Position numbers and translations under genes: made by a program
Virus record (IMG/VR): IMGVR_UViG_3300042934_000176
Location: 1-37,963 of that record
Source: a virus
Lineage: Duplodnaviria; Caudoviricetes
DNA: 37,963 nt
Direction: 5' to 3' (one strand)
Part shown: positions 1 through 7,588 of the stretch, one piece after another
How positions within the stretch are numbered: position 1 is the first letter of the stretch
Layout of the letters: each line of letters begins with the position of its first letter
Notes under the pieces: model-generated
Seen by the model: only the letters and a program-made list of their open reading frames with translations
Database searches by the model: none
Told to the model about the DNA's origin: nothing

Positions 1-125
1 ATGAATATAAAAAATAAAAGCCTCAATGATCAGCAAAGAATCATTAAGACTTATATTAAAAAAGTTGTTGTGTATCCAACCTACGTCGAGATTTACTCGG
101 AAGTGGATACTAAAAGTGGAGCTGA
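1..125 (+). repeat. 125-bp exact direct repeat (3' part of integrase gene up to the crossover), copy 1
   Basis: 1..125 is identical to 37723..37847; the copies diverge right after ...AAAAGTGGAGCTGA. Confidence 0.97.
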
Positions 126-222
126 ACCGTACCGTTTTGTATCCACTTACAATTATGAACAACCCATTAACTTAAAACCAATATACTTTAAAATAAGCAC
201 ATCATTGTGTCGTATAGCATAA
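1..222 (+). CDS. 3' fragment of the large serine integrase in its attP (phage) form; 5'-truncated by the window edge
   Basis: The first 42 codons encode the same residues as integrase positions 455-496; the frame then continues PYRFVSTYNYEQPINLKPIYFKISTSLCRIA*. Confidence 0.85.
   Translation: MNIKNKSLNDQQRIIKTYIKKVVVYPTYVEIYSEVDTKSGAEPYRFVSTYNYEQPINLKPIYFKISTSLCRIA
101..148. other. attP site of the serine integrase (48 bp, central dinucleotide GA at 124-125)
   Basis: Inverted arms AAGTGGATAC (101-110) / GTATCCACTT (139-148) are symmetric about 124/125, exactly where identity with the right junction ends; typical LSR attP geometry. Confidence 0.9.
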
Positions 223-236
223 TGATAAATATTTAC

Positions 237-265
237 TTGATAGAAAATATAAATAATGTTATTAT
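237..265 (+). promoter_or_regulatory. Putative sigmaA promoter of the moron gene
   Basis: TTGATA-17 nt-TATTAT with TG extension, upstream of RBS AAGGAGG. Confidence 0.5.
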
Positions 266-297
266 TTTACTTATAAATAATTACCAAGGAGGCAAGT

Positions 298-1014
298 ATG
301 AAAAAATTATTATCTTTATTATTAATCTTTACACTATGCTTTACAGTAGTACCAAATACAGCAAGTGCTGCTGTAACAATTAGTAAATCGAAAGCTACAA
401 TGGAAGTTGATTCAACACTAAAATTAAAAATTAGTGGAACGAAAAGTAAAATATCTTGGAAAACTAGTAAAAAAGCTGTAGCAACGGTTACTGGAACCGG
501 TACTGTTACTGCTAAATCTGAAGGACAGGCTACAATTACTGCGACTGTAGGAAGTAATAAATATACATGTGCTGTAACAGTAGTTGATAGTAATAAGCCA
601 GTTGCTAATAAGACTTATGCAATTGGAGAGACTTGGACTGTGGATGGACTTTGGTCACTTACTTTTGATTCTGTTACTGTCACGGATGATCGTAACCCAT
701 ATAGTGATAAAAATCCTGATCAAGTAGTAATACTTAATTACACTTACGAAAATATTGGTTATAAAGGTAGTTTTATGGACCTATATATATCATCTAGTAA
801 TATGAACATTATTGATGAAAAAGGTGAAGTTGCATCTACTTATCCTGCGGATACATCAGTATATCCAAAGGAAACTCCTGTAGGTGCTAAATGTGTCGGT
901 GCCCAAGAAGCATATGGATTAAATAATGAAAGTTCAATTATTAAAGTTTATGTAGAGATGTATGACGCAAATTATAATACCTATGAGGCAGTTTTCGAGT
1001 TGAAAGTTGAATAG
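298..1014 (+). CDS. Secreted protein with bacterial Ig-like (Big_2) domain plus a C-terminal beta-rich domain; lysogenic-conversion moron
   Basis: Signal peptide MKKLLSLLLIF...ASA; Big_2 pattern (ISWKTSKKAVATVTGTGTVTAKSEGQATITATVG); opposite strand to lysis genes, with own promoter and terminator. Confidence 0.8.
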   Translation: MKKLLSLLLIFTLCFTVVPNTASAAVTISKSKATMEVDSTLKLKISGTKSKISWKTSKKAVATVTGTGTVTAKSEGQATITATVGSNKYTCAVTVVDSNKPVANKTYAIGETWTVDGLWSLTFDSVTVTDDRNPYSDKNPDQVVILNYTYENIGYKGSFMDLYISSSNMNIIDEKGEVASTYPADTSVYPKETPVGAKCVGAQEAYGLNNESSIIKVYVEMYDANYNTYEAVFELKVE

Positions 1015-1021
1015 TTTATTC

Positions 1022-1046
1022 CCCCGGCCGCAAGACCGGGGTTTTT
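1022..1046 (+). terminator. Intrinsic terminator between convergent moron and endolysin
   Basis: CCCCGG/CCGGGG stem followed by TTTTT. Confidence 0.8.
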
Positions 1047-1048
1047 CA

Positions 1049-1756
1049 TTATTTTTTATCTGTTACTATAATCGCATCATAACCCAATGATTTTAACCTA
1101 GTACGTGCTGCTACAGCATTATCTCGATTACTATAGGCACCAACCTGGAGGCGGTAGATAACATCTTCCTTTTCTTCCTGTGCATACTTAACATCCAGGT
1201 ACTCGCAAATTCCTTTTGCAATTTCCTCTGCCACTTCATTTCTAAAATCATCATTCAGGAGCAGTTTTATTTCTTCCGGACTATCCATAAATCCAGCTTC
1301 GACTAAAATAGCCGGCATATCAGTTTCGCGTATCATGTGTAAGTTTTGAGCCTTTACTCCGCGGTCAATCTGCTTGGTGCCCTGGATAAGATATTTGTGT
1401 ACTGTCTCGGCCAGTTTCTTGCCTTTTGCAGATCCAGGATAATAGTAAGTCTCTACTCCCCTTGGATTAGATCCATCAAAACTGCCATCTAAAGCGTTAG
1501 CATGAACAGAAATTAAGATTGTAGCTTTTTTACTATTGGCAAGAGCAGTACGCTGTGACAAAGGTGTATCTGCATCCGTTGGAGCAGTAAGCAGCGTATC
1601 AAAACCACATCTTTTAAGGATTATATCTAATTTACTAATAACTGTTTTGTTAAATTCGTTCTCTCTCATTACGGTACCATCTGATAATTTAGGAGACCGC
1701 TTACCTGCAGTCTCCATACCGTGACCATCGTCTAAAGCAATTAAGTATTTAGCCAT
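1049..1756 (-). CDS. Endolysin: N-acetylmuramoyl-L-alanine amidase (Amidase_3) with C-terminal SPOR domain
   Basis: LDDGHG, E, ISVHANA and AILVEAGFMD zinc-amidase motifs; YRLQVGAYSNRDNA SPOR motif; next to holin. Confidence 0.93.
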   Translation of the reverse strand: MAKYLIALDDGHGMETAGKRSPKLSDGTVMRENEFNKTVISKLDIILKRCGFDTLLTAPTDADTPLSQRTALANSKKATILISVHANALDGSFDGSNPRGVETYYYPGSAKGKKLAETVHKYLIQGTKQIDRGVKAQNLHMIRETDMPAILVEAGFMDSPEEIKLLLNDDFRNEVAEEIAKGICEYLDVKYAQEEKEDVIYRLQVGAYSNRDNAVAARTRLKSLGYDAIIVTDKK

Positions 1757-1758
1757 AA

Positions 1759-2034
1759 TTATTCCCCTTTCTTTCCGTCTTTATCAAGTAGATTCCTCAT
1801 GGCTTCATAAAGACCGGTGCTTGCTAACCCACTTATCATACCTCCTAAAACTACAGCAGCATTTATGTTAGGCGCATTAATAATACAGTTTATTCCTGTA
1901 CCAAGGAATAACATAATAGCTGGTATGTACTTGTTATTAATAATGTCCAAACTGGTTTTAATAACATAACCTAAGCATAAACATATGCCTAATACTACTA
2001 AATTTACGTAATCATTTAAAAAACTAATATCCAT
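1759..2034 (-). CDS. Phage holin
   Basis: 91 aa, three hydrophobic segments, NKYIP and GLASTGLYE motifs, charged C-terminus, directly upstream of endolysin. Confidence 0.9.
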   Translation of the reverse strand: MDISFLNDYVNLVVLGICLCLGYVIKTSLDIINNKYIPAIMLFLGTGINCIINAPNINAAVVLGGMISGLASTGLYEAMRNLLDKDGKKGE

Positions 2035-2052
2035 AATAATTACCTCGCTTTC

Positions 2053-2286
2053 TTAATTAAAAATATTTTGTTGTATTGCATAAAAAAAGAAGCCTAATAG
2101 ACTCGTGGCTCCTAATCCTATCAACCAGTAAATTGCTTTTGTCTGACCTTCGATTTTTTCACATAAATTCTTAATCATTGTATTGGCTTCAGCCTGAGTT
2201 ACTTCCAGACGGTCTAGTCTTTTTGAGTGATCATTCAGTCTGTTATCCTGTACGTCAAGCCTGTGTTTTACTAATTCATCATCCAT
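2053..2286 (-). CDS. Hemolysin XhlA-family lysis protein
   Basis: N-terminal coiled coil (RLNDHSKRLDRLE) plus C-terminal TM helix; lysis cassette position. Confidence 0.85.
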   Translation of the reverse strand: MDDELVKHRLDVQDNRLNDHSKRLDRLEVTQAEANTMIKNLCEKIEGQTKAIYWLIGLGATSLLGFFFYAIQQNIFN

Positions 2287-2310
2287 GTTCTACCTCTTTT
2301 CCTAAATTTT

Positions 2311-2331
2311 AAAAAAGAGCTCGAAGGCTCT
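2311..2331 (-). terminator. Intrinsic terminator before the lysis cassette
   Basis: Minus strand AGAGC-CTTCGA-GCTCT followed by a T run. Confidence 0.6.
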
Positions 2332-2746
2332 AAAATAATTTATAATGTGGTTTTTCTTCACCTAACCACCGGTACCGGATATAATCATCCAAAAGTATAG
2401 CCGGCAGTGATAGTAAAAACCAGATATTTGAATATGCCAGACATACCTGGCCGATAAAATTATAAGGCAAGTTTCCGTAATCCCAAATGTCTAGTCCCAG
2501 GAATATATTTAGTATAATGCCGGCTATCAGTTCCATGCCTGTAATGATTATAGCTGATAAAAACATCTGACTGACAAGCGCCATATCCCAGGTGTAAAAC
2601 TCATTGAGCATTCCAACCAGGATAAAACATATGCCACCTAATATAGCCATGGTCCAGTGACTGTAGCCACGCCACAGCAGTTCAATTATGTAATAATTTA
2701 CTCCTCCGATGACAAAAAGTATTAAATACTTAAATATCTGCTTCAT
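2330..2746 (-). CDS. Four-TM membrane protein (resembles the 'putative ABC transporter permease'/CmpB-like family)
   Basis: IELLWRGYSHWTM...GG, E...G...N...WDY..LPYNF.GQVCL pattern; hydrophobic. Confidence 0.75.
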   Translation of the reverse strand: MKQIFKYLILFVIGGVNYYIIELLWRGYSHWTMAILGGICFILVGMLNEFYTWDMALVSQMFLSAIIITGMELIAGIILNIFLGLDIWDYGNLPYNFIGQVCLAYSNIWFLLSLPAILLDDYIRYRWLGEEKPHYKLF

Positions 2747-2756
2747 ATTATGCCTC

Positions 2757-3446
2757 CTAGAATGTTATATCTACAGCAAGAACTTCTTCCTTTGTTGTAC
2801 ATGCTCTTATACTTTCATCCATATGTTGCTGAGCATTTACCTTTGGTCTTACTACAGCTTCAATTTCAAAAGCTAATTGTTGTAATTCTGTCAAAGTCCA
2901 ATCATAAGTACATGGCTGCTCTGCTTCATTCCAAGATGGTTGATATTGTTGTCCAGCTTGCATAGCCATTTGAGCTATCATAATCATTTGACCTAAATAA
3001 GTTTGCTTATCTTTTGTTATAGAATAATATGCTCCTTCCGGCTTATGTGCGGTGGATAGAATTGGATTAGCTTTTAAATACTCCTCTAAATTCTTCTCGC
3101 TTTGTTTAATCTGCCAAGCTTTTAATTCATCTAATGTACAGGTCTCTACATTGATAGTTGGTATGACTATTTTCTCAAGTTGTTCTGCTTTAATTCTAGC
3201 TAAATTAGCCTCTTCCTCTGCAGTTAAGTTTCTAGGAACTTCCGTTACTCCATCTTCGCGATAAAATAACCCATTAATATGTTTACACCCTATTCCTAAA
3301 GGATATTGCGTAGTATCTTCTGCATAGGCACCATCGCCATACAAATCTCTCGATATCTGATTGGCAATCTCATAGTTGTCTGCAACTATTATATTTTGAA
3401 TAGTGCCATCACTATCTATTAAACTAAATATTTGATTTACCCACAT
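2757..3446 (-). CDS. Tail-fibre-associated hypothetical protein (possible assembly chaperone)
   Basis: 229-aa ORF directly downstream of the fibre gene, with RBS; function inferred from position only. Confidence 0.55.
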   Translation of the reverse strand: MWVNQIFSLIDSDGTIQNIIVADNYEIANQISRDLYGDGAYAEDTTQYPLGIGCKHINGLFYREDGVTEVPRNLTAEEEANLARIKAEQLEKIVIPTINVETCTLDELKAWQIKQSEKNLEEYLKANPILSTAHKPEGAYYSITKDKQTYLGQMIMIAQMAMQAGQQYQPSWNEAEQPCTYDWTLTELQQLAFEIEAVVRPKVNAQQHMDESIRACTTKEEVLAVDITF

Positions 3447-3460
3447 GTGTTATCTCCTTT

Positions 3461-4762
3461 CTATTGTTCAGCCCATCTTACTATTACTATACCAGAACCA
3501 CCACTTGCAGTAGTATTATAATTACCTCCACCACCTCCACCCGTGTTTGGTGTTCCTGACACTCCTGGATTACCTCCACCACCAGCGCCTCCATTGCCAG
3601 ATATACCAGCACCACCACCAGCATAAAGAGTTGCTCCAGCAGTAGCAAAAGCTCGTGTTGTAGTTCCTTGGCCTAAGGAATAACCTGGAACCATTGTTGG
3701 ACCACCACCATTAGAACCATCAGACCCACCATTAGGCGGAGTAGCAGGTATATTAGAATTTGCCGAAGTACCTGCTCCGGAACCACCATCACCACCAACA
3801 TATGTATAATAGGTTGAACCATCGTAAGAAACTATTTCATAAGTACAACCTTTACCTCCGGCTGCTGAGACGTGGCTTCCAAATGATGATGATCCTCCTT
3901 GTGCTGATCCATTTGTATAAGCTGCTGCACTACCAGAACCAACTGTTACAGTAATAGCCGACCCAGGAGTTACTGATATATTCAATTTTGTAGCTGTATA
4001 TCCTCCTCCACCACCATTGTAGCCTGCACCTGCTCCTCCACCAACAGCAAATGCATCTACCTTAGTAACTCCAACTGGAACTATCCAAGATTGTGAAGAA
4101 GTGAATATTACTTGACCTGAAGCAATTTTTGTAGTATTTGTTCCTTGCTGGCCAGTAGTAGCTGTATTCCATATTGAACCATTGTAAACAAATGCTCTGT
4201 AATAATATGCTGTATTTGCTGTTAATCCAATATCTGTTTTACTTGTTGCCGTACCTTCATAAATAACTGTCCCATCAGTTGGTGATGTTGGATAACCACT
4301 TGCTTTTCTTACAATCCTTACAGCCATATAGTTTAAAACTGGAGATGTCCATGAAATAGTTAAACTACTTGCCGATGTTTTAGCAACTGCAAGATTAGTA
4401 ACTGGACTAGCACATGTAGTATCATTATCTTGCGCTCCTGTAGTTTCTACATTATAGAATATTTTAGTGCCACTTGTATTAGCTGCTTTGGCAAATGCTC
4501 TTACATAATATTTTGTACCACCGGTTAAACCGGTTATTGTACAACTTGTACCTGTGCCTAGATAAGCTTGTGTTCCATCAGTTGGAGAAGTTGGGTAGCT
4601 ACCAGCTTTATATCTTATCATTGTTCCTACATATTTTTTACTTGTAGGATTAGTCCAAGATACAGTTAAACTTCCTGGAGTATTAGAAACAGGATTAACA
4701 CTAAGACCTGATACTTGGTCTGTATATATTTTTACACCAGTAGGGAATTTACTAACTAACAT
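3461..4762 (-). CDS. Tail fibre / receptor-binding protein with two fibronectin-III repeats and a glycine-rich C-terminal domain
   Basis: Two repeats of SLTxSWTxP...YPTSPTDGT...GLT..T.YY.RAF; C-terminal FTSSQSWIVPVGVTKVDAFAVGGG...GGSGIVIVRW. Confidence 0.85.
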   Translation of the reverse strand: MLVSKFPTGVKIYTDQVSGLSVNPVSNTPGSLTVSWTNPTSKKYVGTMIRYKAGSYPTSPTDGTQAYLGTGTSCTITGLTGGTKYYVRAFAKAANTSGTKIFYNVETTGAQDNDTTCASPVTNLAVAKTSASSLTISWTSPVLNYMAVRIVRKASGYPTSPTDGTVIYEGTATSKTDIGLTANTAYYYRAFVYNGSIWNTATTGQQGTNTTKIASGQVIFTSSQSWIVPVGVTKVDAFAVGGGAGAGYNGGGGGYTATKLNISVTPGSAITVTVGSGSAAAYTNGSAQGGSSSFGSHVSAAGGKGCTYEIVSYDGSTYYTYVGGDGGSGAGTSANSNIPATPPNGGSDGSNGGGPTMVPGYSLGQGTTTRAFATAGATLYAGGGAGISGNGGAGGGGNPGVSGTPNTGGGGGGNYNTTASGGSGIVIVRWAEQ

Positions 4763-4776
4763 TATATTCCCCTCCT

Positions 4777-5793
4777 CTATCCTAATATCATAACCGTTAT
4801 TGGAATGTCTACCGTTGGTTTTGAGTCAAAAGCTTTAATGGTTATAGTTCCATCTCCTTGAGTCGATGGATGTAACATAGCATCAACTGCAGCATTATAT
4901 TCAGTAGTTGTTGCACCAGGAGAAATAGCAACTGTAGCATTAGAGGTGGATGTCATCTCTGATATTGCAACCTCTTGAGAATAAGGGGCTGAGGTACCTA
5001 CCCACCCTACACTTGTTAATACCGTGTTTATTATTTTAGATGTATAATCATCTTTTAAATAAAACCGGTCACCTGCTAAGTCATACCATACCGTATAAGC
5101 CTTTCCAGCTACTAAATTAGGAGCTGTAGTTGTCCCAGGCTTGTATAATGGCTTGGTGTTAATAGTGGTTGCTGCTCCCCCATTTGCTGTCGAGCAAATA
5201 AAAGTTTTCGATAGTCCTTCCACTAAATTAGGCAAAGTTAAAGCTATAGCAGTGGCAGTGCCTCCTGAAGTTTCGAACTTGTTTACCCTATCTAAAGTAA
5301 TAGAACTTGTAAAGAGTGGTTCTACTTCTGTAATAGATAACCCACTTATCTTAACGCGGTAAAGAGGTAATTCTCTTACATAGTCACCTTCTTCTAAATC
5401 ACCTATTGTAATAATTGGATCCGTTGCACTTATACCTGACATTCCCTTTAACACCACTAATTCGTATGTTTCTACTTCTCCTGAGCTTGTCGTGGTAAAT
5501 CTTGCTACAATAATATCATTTCTCATCTGATCAGCAATACCATTTTCAATTACCATATCTTCATACTCTCCAAATGGTATCCGTCCAAAATGGCCTTGTA
5601 TAACACAAGCACCATCTGTAATACGAATAAGATTATTACTTATTATGCTTGCAGCCATCTTACTACCTAATTCTAATACACAATCTACTCCAATGATTCC
5701 GTTGTACAAAGCCGCATCATCAGCAGAATATATATGGGCTGGTTCTGTTGACGGTGTATTTATTGTTATCGCTTTAAATCCCATGCTAATCAC
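4777..5793 (-). CDS. Baseplate / tail fibre structural protein
   Basis: Follows the hub gene; N-terminal baseplate-like region (NGIADQMRNDIIVARF...LPLYRV) and T/G-rich fibre modules. True start may be a few codons downstream. Confidence 0.7.
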   Translation of the reverse strand: MISMGFKAITINTPSTEPAHIYSADDAALYNGIIGVDCVLELGSKMAASIISNNLIRITDGACVIQGHFGRIPFGEYEDMVIENGIADQMRNDIIVARFTTTSSGEVETYELVVLKGMSGISATDPIITIGDLEEGDYVRELPLYRVKISGLSITEVEPLFTSSITLDRVNKFETSGGTATAIALTLPNLVEGLSKTFICSTANGGAATTINTKPLYKPGTTTAPNLVAGKAYTVWYDLAGDRFYLKDDYTSKIINTVLTSVGWVGTSAPYSQEVAISEMTSTSNATVAISPGATTTEYNAAVDAMLHPSTQGDGTITIKAFDSKPTVDIPITVMILG

Positions 5794-6757
5794 CTACCTT
5801 AAATTCTATCGAAATATTATTACCAGTTACTTTAAGTATTTTCTGTACAATTGGTTTTCTCATGGATAAACCTGTTACTCTTTCTCTGCCACCTACAATA
5901 TCGCCTAGATCAGCTTCTATTTCATCAATTGACATTGAGAGCTCAGTATAATTTAATAGTTCTTTAAATCTGTTTATTCCACTTTCAATAAGTGAAGATG
6001 TATCCTCAGCATTTGCATAGTCAAAGGTTGTTACTCTTTCAGAGAGTCCAAAATAAAATTGCTCACTTCCAATTGTTCCATCTTCCTGCAGATATAAATG
6101 AATAACTTCTCTTTCTGTTAATTCACCACCTCCTAAACAAATAAGATGGTTTATGCCCCTCCTGTAGTCCCTTGTATTGAAATTAATTAATTGATCCTGT
6201 GAGTACTCTAGTTCATCAGAATAATCTATAATTGATACTGCTTGTATATGCACTTTCATATCCTCATTAACAAAATATAACTTTAATTTAGCTCCTACCA
6301 TGCTAAGCATTTTATTTACGCCATCTAATAAATTTATATATCTAGGAAACTGATAATTAATAGCGAATCCACTAATCACATCATCTACAACAACTAAATC
6401 ACCAAATGTTGTACCTATTAGCGATTGAATAATAGTATTTGCATCCCCGGTTACATTTAAATATGATAGTCCATTAGGTGGCTCTATAATTTTTTGAGTT
6501 AATAAACCTCGCCATGTATACCCCTTATGTTTTATGGTATTCGCTTTGGTATCTACTTTTATATCTTCAATAATACCGCCATATTCAGTATTATTTGAAT
6601 AAAATAAATAATTATAATTACAGAAGCTTTTATCCCAATCGTCAAGGTCTAATGTAATCTCAAAATCATTTAAATTACCTAGATCAATATCAATGTATTT
6701 TGCAGTGCCTAGAATACCTAATTCGTTTCTGTCACTATCAGCCATTATAAACTCCAC
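5786..6757 (-). CDS. Baseplate hub / Tal-like minor tail protein (siphovirus Gp37-like)
   Basis: Position after Dit; EYGGII, GYTWRGLL and INHLICLGGGEL motifs. Confidence 0.75.
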   Translation of the reverse strand: MEFIMADSDRNELGILGTAKYIDIDLGNLNDFEITLDLDDWDKSFCNYNYLFYSNNTEYGGIIEDIKVDTKANTIKHKGYTWRGLLTQKIIEPPNGLSYLNVTGDANTIIQSLIGTTFGDLVVVDDVISGFAINYQFPRYINLLDGVNKMLSMVGAKLKLYFVNEDMKVHIQAVSIIDYSDELEYSQDQLINFNTRDYRRGINHLICLGGGELTEREVIHLYLQEDGTIGSEQFYFGLSERVTTFDYANAEDTSSLIESGINRFKELLNYTELSMSIDEIEADLGDIVGGRERVTGLSMRKPIVQKILKVTGNNISIEFKVGD

Positions 6758-7584
6758 TTTGGTTCACTCCTTTCTTCAAAAATGGTAACATCAAACATAA
6801 AGTTACCGTTCCAACTGATGGACTGTGAACCTGTACTAATCTTTGCAAATACATCATATATTTTTACACGGTTATTAAATGCATTTATCTCTGTTCCGTC
6901 ATTCATTATTTTTCTAATTGTCTTACTTGAAGTGTCTAGAATAAGATATTCAGCATCTAGCAATTCTATATTAATCGCATATGTATTATTGCCTATAATA
7001 ATAAAAGGATTTAATACAGGACCATATATTACAATTCTCATATCGCTAGGCGCAAAGTGATTATTAAGAATCGTCTTTTCATTAAGCCCAGCAACATACC
7101 TATAAGTATATCTGTGTGGATATCGTTTATTGTCCCCAGATAGACTTACCGGCTTTAAGAAATTATAATTACTCTCCGTAATCCAAAAAGGATATTCTGA
7201 AACTAATTTCACCTTGTTTTCTAGAAAATTATTACCACTCTCCCATTTAGCTTTTACACTACTTATCAGGTAGCATGAGATATATTGCTCCCCAATATAA
7301 AGCTTTCCAGGCTTTTTATTTAATACATCCGTTTCAGTAACTTCTAAGAAGTGATTCAAGGCACTGTAATAGAGTTCTTTCGTTTTTGACATAATACTTA
7401 TATCAAAATTCTTTTCTGTGATAGCACGATTAAATCTAGTGATTTTACTACCATATCTGCCAGTGTTATTTGTGCTCTCATATGTCCATGAATAACTGAA
7501 AAAGTCACCTGTCTGTAAGCGATAAGGTGACTCCAAAAGATTAATTTTTTGATTAATATGATTTAAGTAATATATTTCCTGCAA
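6745..7584 (-). CDS. Distal tail protein (Dit)
   Basis: Directly after tape measure; PGKLYIG, YPFWI, IYGP..NP and FDVTIFEERSEPKW pattern. Confidence 0.75.
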   Translation of the reverse strand: MQEIYYLNHINQKINLLESPYRLQTGDFFSYSWTYESTNNTGRYGSKITRFNRAITEKNFDISIMSKTKELYYSALNHFLEVTETDVLNKKPGKLYIGEQYISCYLISSVKAKWESGNNFLENKVKLVSEYPFWITESNYNFLKPVSLSGDNKRYPHRYTYRYVAGLNEKTILNNHFAPSDMRIVIYGPVLNPFIIIGNNTYAINIELLDAEYLILDTSSKTIRKIMNDGTEINAFNNRVKIYDVFAKISTGSQSISWNGNFMFDVTIFEERSEPKWSL

Positions 7585-7588
7585 GGAA

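Noticed and set aside
3461-4140. Diversity-generating retroelement target or invertible tail-fibre cassette
   Set aside because: No reverse transcriptase, no template repeat and no invertase or flanking inverted repeats seen in the window.
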